A stretch of DNA of 64,000 bases, taken from IMG/VR virus record IMGVR_UViG_3300025732_000035, positions 9,131-73,130 of that record; one strand, written 5' to 3'. The first letter of the stretch is position 1. Every line of letters starts with the position of its first letter. The position numbers and the translations under genes are program-made. The DNA is from a virus. Below, one piece after another: positions 56,110 to 64,000 of the stretch. The notes under the pieces are model-generated. The model did no database searches, was not told the origin of the DNA, and saw nothing but the letters and a program-made list of their open reading frames with translations.

Positions 56110-56391
56110 TCAGGCTGCTTGTAGCTTCCATTGCTTTTCAAGCCATTCCTGGCGATCCTGCAGGTGCTCAAACAACGCTACAGGCTCTTCGCTATCAGGC
56201 TTGGTGCAGAAGAACTTCTGGCAGATGAACTTGCCGCTGCGGGCTTCGCGAAAATCAGCAGTCCAGAGGAAAAAGCCCATGTGGGAAGCCACAAGACTCA
56301 CTCGACGCTCAGTATTGTCATTGCGCATGTCCTTCCACCATTGCCCCTGAGTGGAGCTGAAGGAAGCCATGTCGAAGATCAGGCGAGTCAT
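56110..56391 (-). CDS. Hypothetical protein
   Basis: TTAAAACC-ATG start; promoter upstream. Confidence 0.65.
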   Translation of the reverse strand: MTRLIFDMASFSSTQGQWWKDMRNDNTERRVSLVASHMGFFLWTADFREARSGKFICQKFFCTKPDSEEPVALFEHLQDRQEWLEKQWKLQAA

Positions 56392-56431
56392 GGTTTTAAG
56401 CCAGAGGAGAGGCTCGCGCCTCGTTGAACAA

Positions 56432-56483
56432 ACAATACAGCAGAAAGGGGCCTGGAGGCCCCTTGTTAACAAAACGAAACAAT
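56432..56483 (-). promoter_or_regulatory. Early promoter: HLR1-like repeat, 28 bp, -10 TATTGT
   Basis: Plus-strand TTAACAAA-AC-GAAACAAT at 56466-56483. Confidence 0.6.
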
Positions 56484-56528
56484 GCCTGAACAGGGTTTAA
56501 GAAGGGAGCATCCAAGATGCTCCTTCAA

Positions 56529-56831
56529 TCAAGCCAGTTGCCTTTGCAGGAAGTCCCACGTCCATTTGCTTTTGGTGCTTGGCCTGAGCAGTTCATAGCC
56601 CTCGTGATCTACGATGGTGTCGCCAGCACTGTCTACGTGCCCTTCGATATCGAGCTGCCAGACGCCCTTGCAGGCCCCATCGGGGCCAAAGATGCCAATG
56701 ACATGCTCACGGTCTTCCATCGCCTGCCTGACGTGAAAAACAAGCTGCTGGAGCGAGGCAGCTTGGTAGCTGCCTCTTGTGCAGGAGAAATACGGGCCGT
56801 TGTCTTGGTAGGTCTTGATGGTGGTGATCAT
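56529..56831 (-). CDS. Hypothetical protein
   Basis: ATG ORF in the early cluster. Confidence 0.6.
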   Translation of the reverse strand: MITTIKTYQDNGPYFSCTRGSYQAASLQQLVFHVRQAMEDREHVIGIFGPDGACKGVWQLDIEGHVDSAGDTIVDHEGYELLRPSTKSKWTWDFLQRQLA

Positions 56832-56840
56832 TGGTGGCTA

Positions 56841-57170
56841 TCAAAGATGAGAATCAATTAAATCAGCCAGTTCTGTAAAGCTTGTCCCCTCATCATTCCA
56901 AGAAGTGATGTGGTAGCCGGCAAGATAGGGATTGGGATCGTGAAGTTGCGCCCATTGCTGCACTGAAAGAGGAAGAATGCCTCCTTCGGTTTCAAAGCTA
57001 TAACAACAACCAGCATCATGATGCCATTCTTGATTAGTCTCTTGAATGTAGAGGTCCGTGAGAACGCCAAGGCAGCAGAATTTACCATTGCTATAGAGAC
57101 TTTCTTTGCCTTGTTCGTACTGGCCAGAGCGAAGAGCATTAGTCCAGGCCTGTTTGATGGAAGCGTTCAT
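56841..57170 (-). CDS. Conserved phage hypothetical protein
   Basis: ALRSGQYEQG, FCCLGVL, NDEGTSFTELADLI. Confidence 0.7.
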   Translation of the reverse strand: MNASIKQAWTNALRSGQYEQGKESLYSNGKFCCLGVLTDLYIQETNQEWHHDAGCCYSFETEGGILPLSVQQWAQLHDPNPYLAGYHITSWNDEGTSFTELADLIDSHL

Positions 57171-57199
57171 GGTAATAATGGAAAAAAGATGAATGAAAA

Positions 57200-57400
57200 T
57201 CAAAGAGCAGAGTATTCGTGACGAACAGCACGAATAGCCTTCACGTTCCAGGATTCAGGAAAACGATGCTCGGCCAGCGTTTTAGCTTCTTCTTCGCTGG
57301 TGGCATCAAGGTTGATAGTTTGCCAGTTGAAATAGATGTCGCCGTAATGGTGCTCGATGGTGACGGCGTAAGTGTGTTTTGCAGCAGGCAGGGTGCTCAT
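57200..57400 (-). CDS. Hypothetical protein
   Basis: TTAAAACC-ATG start. Confidence 0.6.
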   Translation of the reverse strand: MSTLPAAKHTYAVTIEHHYGDIYFNWQTINLDATSEEEAKTLAEHRFPESWNVKAIRAVRHEYSAL

Positions 57401-57439
57401 GGTTTTAAAAATTGAGGGAAGCTCGCGCTTCATGAGAGA

Positions 57440-57492
57440 ACAATAGTCTGAAAGGGGCCGTGGTCGGCCCCGTTTTAACAATCAGTCACAAA
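57440..57492 (-). promoter_or_regulatory. Early promoter: HLR1-like repeat, 29 bp, -10 TATTGT
   Basis: Plus-strand TTAACAAT-CA-GTCACAAA at 57475-57492. Confidence 0.6.
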
Positions 57493-57844
57493 GCTGAGTT
57501 TTGATGCCATGGGCCTCGGCATTGCGCCACAGCTCACGAGCCTCTTCTACATCAGTGATGCGCTTCACCCACTTGTCCTTGCCCCATTCCTTCATTGGGC
57601 CATGGGAAGGGCTGACATAGCTCTCCCAGGTGCGGCAACGCAGATGGGCGTCATAGAACTTGCCTTTCCACATGGACACTTCCAGGATCACATCGCTGTT
57701 GTCGCCGATGAAGGTCTTGAAGGTGATGGTGCCGGTGCCGCCGCAGGCAAAGCAAGTGCCGTTGGCGATGTGACTGAAGTGGGGAAGCTTGCCAGAGCCG
57801 CTGCAGACGGGGCAGGTGGCGGTTTCGCGGGTGATGGTGGCCAT
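57482..57844 (-). CDS. DnaJ-type zinc-finger protein
   Basis: CPVCSGSG...CFACGGTG. Confidence 0.7.
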   Translation of the reverse strand: MATITRETATCPVCSGSGKLPHFSHIANGTCFACGGTGTITFKTFIGDNSDVILEVSMWKGKFYDAHLRCRTWESYVSPSHGPMKEWGKDKWVKRITDVEEARELWRNAEAHGIKTQLCD

Positions 57845-57940
57845 GGTTTTTAAAACGTGGCGTGGACATCGCTGCCCTTGACAAAATAAAAGTTAGTTCA
57901 TTTCGCGGGGGCTGTAAAGCCCCCTTGCTATTAGCGTTGC

Positions 57941-58945
57941 TTATGCGAGCGCCAGGGAGTGAGCCTTGTTCAGCGTGGCTGCTCCACTTCCCCAGTAAAG
58001 GCTCTCCAGGCGGCGTCGAGCCGTATCGAGATTATCTGCATCACCACGACCAGCTTCGTGCGTAAGAAATTCAGTGACAGTATTGTAAGCCCCCCACATA
58101 GTCCCTTGCACACCTTTGATATCGAAACCAATGCCGTCGCCAGCGAATTTATTAGCCAAGGAATCCCACTGGGGCAGGTCTGCAATGGTCTTGGGGCGAG
58201 CAGTGGCCTTATCTCCACGCTTGTCGTTAATAGTGCCTGCCAGTTGATCGGCAAATACTTGCTCACAATATTGCTTGAACATTTCAGACGTGCAGGGTTT
58301 AGCAGCCATTGCCTGCAGTTCTTCAATGGTGGCAGTGAATTGTTGCCGCTTCATGTCAATAATCTCAGGAAGACGATCAATGAGAGAATTGGCATTGGCA
58401 GTGTGGCGAATGCTCATGCGCTTGCTTACGCCAGAACGTGCAGCATGGTTGAGCGTGGCTGAAAGCGTATTCATGCACACCACTCGGATGGGCGAAAAGA
58501 TGGCTTGGAAAGCAATAGTGCCATCGTGAGAAGTGGTGCCAACAAAATATTGATTAATTTCATCGCCTTTTACCACTTCGCCCTCTGCATTGTTGATGCG
58601 AGCAGTAAAGGCCACTTTTCTACCTTCCTGAAGGACAACTACGGCATCCATGGAGGCATCTTCATGCAGGGCTTCAGCCAGGCGGATGAGCTGTTCGTTC
58701 TGAACGATGGTATAAGAATCTTTCTGAACACTGAGTACTTGCCCATTGTCTCCACGAGAAATGGCTTGATAACCCTCGATAGGTGAACCAGTGGGATCGA
58801 AGATGGGAGTGGACAGCACGTCCCAATCGGCATCGGCCAAGCGGAAAGCCTCGCGAGCAGGGAGGGTGCCGTCGAGGACAGTGCCAAGACGATGCCAGGC
58901 AGCTTTGCCATTGAAGAAAGCGCCGGAGGTGAATTCGTGAGCCAT
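57941..58945 (-). CDS. DUF932 family phage/plasmid protein
   Basis: AWHRLGTV, YTIVQNE, SHDG, RVVCMNT, IRHT, GTMWGAYNTVTE. Confidence 0.9.
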   Translation of the reverse strand: MAHEFTSGAFFNGKAAWHRLGTVLDGTLPAREAFRLADADWDVLSTPIFDPTGSPIEGYQAISRGDNGQVLSVQKDSYTIVQNEQLIRLAEALHEDASMDAVVVLQEGRKVAFTARINNAEGEVVKGDEINQYFVGTTSHDGTIAFQAIFSPIRVVCMNTLSATLNHAARSGVSKRMSIRHTANANSLIDRLPEIIDMKRQQFTATIEELQAMAAKPCTSEMFKQYCEQVFADQLAGTINDKRGDKATARPKTIADLPQWDSLANKFAGDGIGFDIKGVQGTMWGAYNTVTEFLTHEAGRGDADNLDTARRRLESLYWGSGAATLNKAHSLALA

Positions 58946-58987
58946 GGCTTTGAAGAGAGGGGGCAGTCGCTGCCCTTGACAAAATAA

Positions 58988-59039
58988 AAATTAGATGAAA
59001 GCGGAGCCGAAGTCAAGCGTTGTTACATTTTGAAATATT
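58988..59039 (-). promoter_or_regulatory. Early promoter: HLR1-like repeat with TTGACT-17-TAATTT
   Basis: Plus-strand GTTACATT-TT-GAAATATT at 59022-59039, 28 bp from the -10. Confidence 0.65.
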
Positions 59040-59040
59040 C

Positions 59041-59241
59041 TCAATAGAGGCTCTTTATTGAGAATGGGCCAAGCCTGCTCATGCGTAGCTTGTCTTCGCT
59101 TACAAATTGCTGGCTATTGGTTTTGGTGTTTTTAATCTTATGCAGGCCATTATCACCTAGTTTCATCACAATATATTCTCCTCTCCATTGCTTAAAACCA
59201 AAATCGTAAAGATCAACGAGAGTGCCAATGGGAAAGGGCAT
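59041..59241 (-). CDS. Small SH3-like hypothetical protein
   Basis: FPIGTLV..QFVSEDKLR. Confidence 0.55.
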   Translation of the reverse strand: MPFPIGTLVDLYDFGFKQWRGEYIVMKLGDNGLHKIKNTKTNSQQFVSEDKLRMSRLGPFSIKSLY

Positions 59242-59273
59242 AAAAAAGGGGCCTAGTGGCCCCTAGTCTAAAA

Positions 59274-59534
59274 TCAACGCTGTTGGTCGCAGATACCAGC
59301 AAGCATTTCGCCAGCATATTGATGAGCCTCGCGGAGGCTATCGAGAGCCGTTTGGCGCTCATCACGAGCTTTGTAATAAGCATCAGGCCCTTGCGGATAG
59401 TAATCGCGGCCATTCAGTTCAGCTTTTGCTAGGGCATCAATAGCCTTGTTGATGGCATCGTAGGCAGCAGCGTATTCATCACGGAGAGTAATGAAGCCAG
59501 TGCCATTGAGATGGATGGTGGGGATGGTTGCCAT
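59274..59534 (-). CDS. Hypothetical protein
   Basis: PTIHLNGT..NGRDYYPQG. Confidence 0.7.
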   Translation of the reverse strand: MATIPTIHLNGTGFITLRDEYAAAYDAINKAIDALAKAELNGRDYYPQGPDAYYKARDERQTALDSLREAHQYAGEMLAGICDQQR

Positions 59535-59565
59535 TTGGAGAGGCGTCGCCGCCGAACACTTGGTA

Positions 59566-59617
59566 ATAATACAGAAGAAAGGCCCTGTTTCCGGGGTCTG
59601 TTATAAAACGTTACAAA
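59566..59617 (-). promoter_or_regulatory. Early promoter: HLR1-like repeat, 28 bp, -10 TATTAT
   Basis: Plus-strand GTTATAAA-AC-GTTACAAA at 59600-59617. Confidence 0.7.
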
Positions 59618-59798
59618 GCCAAAATCTTTTTGATATTGCTTTCAGTTCAGCTTTTGCTAGGGCATCAATAGCTTTAAGGCATTTTCAGCAGTTGCTGAAA
59701 AGCCCTGCAAGAGTGAAATTAAGTCTAGAGTCGTCAGTGGGATGTCCCTTCAACATTTGCTGAAACCAGCCCAGAAAAGGGGCCTGATGACCCCCTTT

Positions 59799-59816
59799 GT
59801 TACAAACCTTTACAAA
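59799..59816. promoter_or_regulatory. Perfect HLR1 consensus repeat
   Basis: GTTACAAA-CC-TTTACAAA; no clear -10 at the expected distance. Confidence 0.6.
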
Positions 59817-59818
59817 GA

Positions 59819-60655
59819 TCAAGCTGCCATTGGAGGGTTAGCAATTTGAATCATTGGGGGAATGGTGGGAGGGCGGAACTTGCGCATTGAAGAACCTGTC
59901 ACATATTTGTTAAAACAACAAATAAGCGAAGCAAGAGTTTGCAGGCGCTGCTGATTCATATTGCAACGAAGAACATTGTTTGTCACGTACTGCCGATAGG
60001 CAAGAATTGGTGATCCGTTTTCCAGTTCAGCTCCAGAACCAAACAAATTAGAAAATTCAAGCAATACGTCATGCTCCCATCCTTTATTGATAGCAAGATA
60101 AAGGAAGGTGAAATAAATTGACTTAGAGAACGTAGTAAATTGTTTATGGACAGAAGAAGAAAGATTTGCGCACCATTCGCATTGATCCTTAGTCTGATTC
60201 CATAGATCTAAAATCTCTTCGTTGGTGATGCCTTGTGAAATAGCAAAATAAGCTTCTGAGTCTTCAATGAGAGGAATAGCAAGGCGAAGACCGGACGATA
60301 CAATCCCCTGATGCTGAGAAAGTCCAGCAATCTTCAACACGTCAGTAGCGCTTCTGGCGCGACCCGTATCAAAAACAGCGAATGAATCTTCGTCACAATT
60401 CCAAGCAACGACCATAGGCACAGAGCGTCCGCTTTGAACGACTGCACTTAATCGAGTTTGGCCATCAAGAAGCCTGCCATTAGAGGCGACAGAAATGCCT
60501 TGACCAGTTTTACGCCACTTGCCATTGATAATTTGCTTAGCAAAAGACTTAACTTTTGTGCGCGAAAGACCACGATTATTGACGTTGCCTTTGAGGAGTT
60601 CTGAAGCCCATTCGGGCGTCATGTCAACAACTTGAGTGTGGAAAGAATCGGTCAT
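59819..60655 (-). CDS. ParB/Srx-like N-terminal domain protein
   Basis: MTPEWASELL..NNR..GKW..GRLLDGQTRLSAV. Confidence 0.75.
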   Translation of the reverse strand: MTDSFHTQVVDMTPEWASELLKGNVNNRGLSRTKVKSFAKQIINGKWRKTGQGISVASNGRLLDGQTRLSAVVQSGRSVPMVVAWNCDEDSFAVFDTGRARSATDVLKIAGLSQHQGIVSSGLRLAIPLIEDSEAYFAISQGITNEEILDLWNQTKDQCEWCANLSSSVHKQFTTFSKSIYFTFLYLAINKGWEHDVLLEFSNLFGSGAELENGSPILAYRQYVTNNVLRCNMNQQRLQTLASLICCFNKYVTGSSMRKFRPPTIPPMIQIANPPMAA

Positions 60656-60691
60656 GGTTTTGAAAGGGAGGATGTCCTTGTGGACTTGCCT

Positions 60692-60744
60692 AAGTTAGAG
60701 GAAATTAAAATGCGGGGCAAGGGCTTGTTGCAAAACGTTACGAA
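60692..60744 (-). promoter_or_regulatory. Early promoter: HLR1-like repeat, 29 bp, -10 TAACTT
   Basis: Plus-strand GTTGCAAA-AC-GTTACGAA at 60727-60744. Confidence 0.6.
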
Positions 60745-60929
60745 GCCAAAATCTTTTTGATATTGCTTTCAATATTTCTAAGCAGGCGCTTGTCCATGCT
60801 GCTTTTGCTTGTAACAAGAATTTTGCCAGAAGCATGCTTAAAAACATAATGTTTTGTCTCACGATGGAGAACAAAACCATATTTTGCGGCAAGTGCAATT
60901 ACTGCTCTTCTATTGTCTTTAAGCGCCAT
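60738..60929 (-). CDS. HicA-like small basic protein
   Basis: AKYGFVLHRETKHYVFKHASG..NIESNIKK. Confidence 0.6.
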   Translation of the reverse strand: MALKDNRRAVIALAAKYGFVLHRETKHYVFKHASGKILVTSKSSMDKRLLRNIESNIKKILAS

Positions 60930-61135
60930 TAAAGCACTTTCCAAATGTCATCTTGCAAAGCATCTGCAAGAGTGACTAGCAAGTCCCGTTTCTTTTTATA
61001 AGCGGGCTTATCAATGCGGGAAAGAATAAAGCTGCGAGCAGAAAAACGATCATCGGCGCTGTAATCCTTCCATTTGTGCTTTGCATTGTCAGAAACCATT
61101 TTGGCAATGGCTTGTTGCGTTTTTGTGAGAGGCAT
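60929..61135 (-). CDS. Hypothetical protein
   Basis: TAATG coupling to the next gene. Confidence 0.55.
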   Translation of the reverse strand: MPLTKTQQAIAKMVSDNAKHKWKDYSADDRFSARSFILSRIDKPAYKKKRDLLVTLADALQDDIWKVL

Positions 61136-61138
61136 AGT

Positions 61139-61345
61139 TCAAAGATTGCGAGAGTGAATGTAAATGGATAAGCTTTTAATGCGACCTTCTAGATCACCAA
61201 TGTAATTAAACAAGCGCTCTAACATCACGCCGTCTTCTTCCATTAATTCTTCTGCCACTGGTCGCCCTTCTGAGCGCAGATACCGAGAAAGCAACACGCG
61301 ATCTCTATTTGACATGCGCGGCTTGGATTTACGAAAGAGCCCCAT
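61139..61345 (-). CDS. Hypothetical protein
   Basis: ATG ORF in a tightly packed operon. Confidence 0.55.
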   Translation of the reverse strand: MGLFRKSKPRMSNRDRVLLSRYLRSEGRPVAEELMEEDGVMLERLFNYIGDLEGRIKSLSIYIHSRNL

Positions 61346-61348
61346 GGT

Positions 61349-61627
61349 TCAGAAGACGAGGGTTTCACCATTGGCCTTGATGCTTACGACGCGCTCGCAA
61401 TCAAACGAACGCCAGGCGCCTTCTCCTTCTTTGCGAGCAATGGAGAAATCACGACAACGTACAATGTTAGGCTTCTTTACTGCCGTGCCCGTGCCCTTGA
61501 TTTCCTTGGTATCCCAAGGATTGAACTGAAGCTTACGCACAGAGCCATCGGCTTTGATGAACTCAACGCTCACAATGCTGTGTCCAGCATTGAAGATGAA
61601 CTGTTTGATTTTGTTAGTTTTGTCCAT
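61349..61627 (-). CDS. WYL-like SH3 beta-barrel protein
   Basis: SVEFIKADGSVR...AWRSF..ERVVSI. Confidence 0.7.
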   Translation of the reverse strand: MDKTNKIKQFIFNAGHSIVSVEFIKADGSVRKLQFNPWDTKEIKGTGTAVKKPNIVRCRDFSIARKEGEGAWRSFDCERVVSIKANGETLVF

Positions 61628-61716
61628 GAGGAGCCTGTCGCCAGGGGGTATAAAAATGGAAGAAAGGGGGAGCCTCTTGCGAAGCTCCTTCCCCATCGAC
61701 CGAGGGAACTGTAGGT

Positions 61717-61905
61717 CTATTTGGCCCGGCTGTCAAGCTTGGCTACGGGGAAGCCGTTAGCGATGCGGCAGTAGCGCTCAGGATGCAGGAGCATGCATTT
61801 TGCCAGGCCCTCCTTATTGGGCAGCACATTAGGAGAAGCTGCAATAGCAAAAGTGCCGAGCCCAAAGATGAGGCTCACCAGCAGGAATGAAGCTGCGTCT
61901 TTCAT
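61717..61905 (-). CDS. Small exported/membrane protein
   Basis: Hydrophobic N-terminus and a Cys pair; ATGA overlap with the RlpA-like gene. Confidence 0.5.
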   Translation of the reverse strand: MKDAASFLLVSLIFGLGTFAIAASPNVLPNKEGLAKCMLLHPERYCRIANGFPVAKLDSRAK

Positions 61906-62252
61906 AGCTTTGAAATGCAGATGGAGGCTTCGCCTTGAGAAGGGGAAGCAATGCGAGAGAAGCTGCCGTAGGACAAGTCCAGGATGCGACCCCCGTAGTA
62001 TGGGCCTCGATCATTGATTGTCACCACCACCGACTTGCCATTGTTGCGATTCTTAACGTGGAGCTTGGTGCCGAATGGAAGCCAAGGGTGGGCAGCCGTG
62101 AGGGCGTAAGCGTCAAAGCGGGAGCCGTTAGCAGCTCGTTGTCCGTGGTAACCGTCGCCAATGCCGTAGTGCGAGGCGTAGCCACATTGGAGCGTTGCTG
62201 CTTGCGCTTGTAAGGGGCAGAGCAGCAGGAGAGAGAAAAGGAATCGTTTCAT
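61902..62252 (-). CDS. RlpA-like (DPBB) lytic transglycosylase with signal peptide
   Basis: [36 protein letters not shown]. Confidence 0.9.
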   Translation of the reverse strand: MKRFLFSLLLLCPLQAQAATLQCGYASHYGIGDGYHGQRAANGSRFDAYALTAAHPWLPFGTKLHVKNRNNGKSVVVTINDRGPYYGGRILDLSYGSFSRIASPSQGEASICISKL

Positions 62253-62619
62253 CAATTAGTACGAAAGAACTAGCGAGGGCCATGCCGTCTCCGACAAGGC
62301 AATGCCCATTGTGCCATGAAAAGACCAGTTGCTGCCGAGCGGGCAAGGTGTGTTATGCTTTTGAAGCATTCGGTCCTAGCGGCTTAACTGCTGCTCTCGT
62401 CTTCGGGCGAGCCGTGAGGGTGGACGCCGATGATGATGCGGGCGAAGCCGTATGGCTTAGCCAAGGAGTTTTGCATGGTCTCCTGCGAGGCGCATCATCT
62501 CCCTTGTATCTTCAGGGAAAATTCGGCATCGGAGGATGTGAAGAAAAGGGGCTGTAAGGCCCCTTTTCTTTTGCCTATACAAAGCCAGCTAGACTCGGAC
62601 AATACAAGATCAGCCGATC

Positions 62620-62799
62620 ATGAAGCTTTCTGCAGAGCAGGAAAAGGAAAGGCTTAAGCGATGGATGGCAAAGGGGGAAATGTACGATCCTCGCAATGAA
62701 GAAGATTTTGCTAGAAAACTAAGGAATTGCGATGATTACGACGATTGGAATGTAGGTCTTGAGCCTATTCCTTTTGATTCGACTTGGAAAAAATCCTAA
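62620..62799 (+). CDS. 59-aa hypothetical protein (absent from the ORF track)
   Basis: MKLSAEQEKERLKRW...WNVGLEPIPFDSTWKKS. Confidence 0.55.
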   Translation: MKLSAEQEKERLKRWMAKGEMYDPRNEEDFARKLRNCDDYDDWNVGLEPIPFDSTWKKS

Positions 62800-63433
62800 C
62801 TGGTTTTGTCAATGCGTCTTGCATATTCCACCCCCTGCCTAGCCTTTGATAAACAGCCCGCACCTCAATGTCGTAATCTTTGCACCATTCAGAGACTGTT
62901 TTTGTCACGCCATCTATTGTTTGATAATTATTTGTCCTTCGATTATTGCATTGCTTTGCTCGTGAAGCCCAGCAGCAGTTTTCGGGTGAATAACCCTGAT
63001 TATTATCTATCCGCTCAAGAGTCATATTTTCTGGTCTTGGATACATATCAAGCTTGAAATTCCAATAATTATGCCAACGCTCACAAACAGTTATCCCCCT
63101 CTTTCCATAATGGCGATAAGCCCCATCACTGGGATTGTAACAGCGACGCATCATTAATCTCCAAATATGGCGAAATGGTTTTTCCTCTTTTGTAAACTGC
63201 CTGCGTTTGGCCCGTGATTGAATTAATGCTTCGCTTACAATACAGCCGCAACTTTTAGTTCTTCCTTGTTTTAAGTTTTCACCGTCGCACGTCTTCTTTT
63301 TCCCGCAATCACAGATGCAATCCCAAATTTTTCGCTTTGTGGTGGAGCGTTCCGTATTAAGAGACCCAACGGTTAAGGCGCCAAATCTACGGCCAGATAA
63401 ATCTACAAAAGCAGGCATTGGACAAGTGTTCAT
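62765..63433 (-). CDS. HNH-family homing endonuclease
   Basis: DLSGRRFGALTV, CICDCG, KSCGC, YGKRGITVCERW, TLERIDNNQGYSPENC. Confidence 0.9.
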   Translation of the reverse strand: MNTCPMPAFVDLSGRRFGALTVGSLNTERSTTKRKIWDCICDCGKKKTCDGENLKQGRTKSCGCIVSEALIQSRAKRRQFTKEEKPFRHIWRLMMRRCYNPSDGAYRHYGKRGITVCERWHNYWNFKLDMYPRPENMTLERIDNNQGYSPENCCWASRAKQCNNRRTNNYQTIDGVTKTVSEWCKDYDIEVRAVYQRLGRGWNMQDALTKPVRIFSKSNQKE

Positions 63434-63466
63434 AACGTAACGAGTATAGCGTGGATTTCGTGGGGT

Positions 63467-63568
63467 ATGGTATTTAGCAAAACATGCTTTGATACCTGGG
63501 ACAGAGGCATGGAGCCTCTTCCTGGTGATACTACGTGGGCAAAGAAAAAGCCCCTTAAGGGGCTTTAG
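63467..63568 (+). pseudogene. Diverged second copy of the 3' end of 62620..62799
   Basis: FDTWDRGMEPLPGDTTWAK vs YDDWNVGLEPIPFDSTWKK, 10/19 identical. Confidence 0.55.
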
Positions 63569-63678
63569 CAGGAATCTTGATAAATGACGTTTATTGGAAA
63601 TCCTGATAAATTAAGACAATCTGTCAGGGAAATTAAGAATGTTTAACACATTTACGCAATGTGTAAACATTGCTGACA

Positions 63679-63693
63679 AGTGGGGTCTGACTA
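63679..63693 (-). repeat. Boundary site 4, TAGTCAGACCCCACT (15 bp)
   Basis: Its TAG is the stop of ORF 63691..63867. Confidence 0.65.
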
Positions 63694-63867
63694 CAAAGCT
63701 TTGATCCGTTCAGCAAAGTCCCGCAGCGATTGCATCTTGCGCTGCTCGTAGCTGCTCCAGGTGTCGCTGATGTCTTCGGTTGGGTCACTGGGGCTGGTCA
63801 GTGCCCAGCAATCTGGGAAGCACAGACCTGCATCAAGAGCGGCTTGGATGATCTGTTGGTCAGTCAT
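63691..63867 (-). CDS. 58-aa hypothetical protein (cassette cargo; absent from the ORF track)
   Basis: MTDQQIIQAALDAGLCFPDCW...RDFAERIKAL, filling the space between two sites. Confidence 0.7.
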   Translation of the reverse strand: MTDQQIIQAALDAGLCFPDCWALTSPSDPTEDISDTWSSYEQRKMQSLRDFAERIKAL

Positions 63868-63868
63868 A

Positions 63869-63882
63869 AGTTGATCGGACTA
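63869..63882 (-). repeat. Boundary site 5, TAGTCCGATCAACT
   Basis: Its TAG is the upstream stop; the next ATG follows after 1 nt. Confidence 0.75.
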
Positions 63883-63999
63883 CTGGGCTTCAAGTTCGTC
63901 AGCAATTGCACGCTGCTCTTTTAGGGCTTGCTTGTACCCCCATTCAGCAGCAGCGTAAAAGCTGGCGCAGGATCCTTTAATTTTCTCCCAGTCATCAAC
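63880..63999 (-). CDS. 3' end of a hypothetical protein (truncated by the window)
   Basis: Open frame ...EQRAIADELEAQ*. Confidence 0.6.
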   Translation of the reverse strand, partial: VDDWEKIKGSCASFYAAAEWGYKQALKEQRAIADELEAQ

Positions 64000-64000
64000 C

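Noticed and set aside
1-64000. Integrated prophage or alternative genetic code
   Set aside because: No host genes, integrase or att context in the window; genes read intact in the standard code with all three stops used.

Overview
The window is 64 kb of a tailed dsDNA phage genome, most likely a siphovirus-type cyanophage. The host is inferred from a P-SSP7-type ribonucleotide reductase, a cyanobacterial AbrB-like domain, HLR1-like promoter boxes and cyanophage-style tail fibres. Layout: nucleotide metabolism and recombination (1-4.5 kb); lysis (4.6-6.3 kb); a long leftward morphogenesis operon (6.5-44.6 kb) whose head module is interrupted by a 7-gene glycosylation cluster; a divergent terminase, tRNA-Leu, phosphoesterase and class I RNR (44.6-51.5 kb); a structured, repeat-rich, mostly non-coding block (51.5-55 kb); and a leftward region of small early-type genes (53-64 kb). 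The strongest unexplained signal is a 14-15 bp quasi-palindromic site, TAGTC-N6/7-ACT. It occurs five times, always at gene boundaries, in two arrays 53 kb apart, which suggests an integron-like gene-cassette system. Other highlights: a dnaX-type -1 frameshift in a head-module gene, RpaB/HLR1-like boxes at fixed spacing in early promoters, a candidate virion-glycosylation cluster, and several structured RNA candidates. All family calls come from reading motifs by eye; no searches were run.
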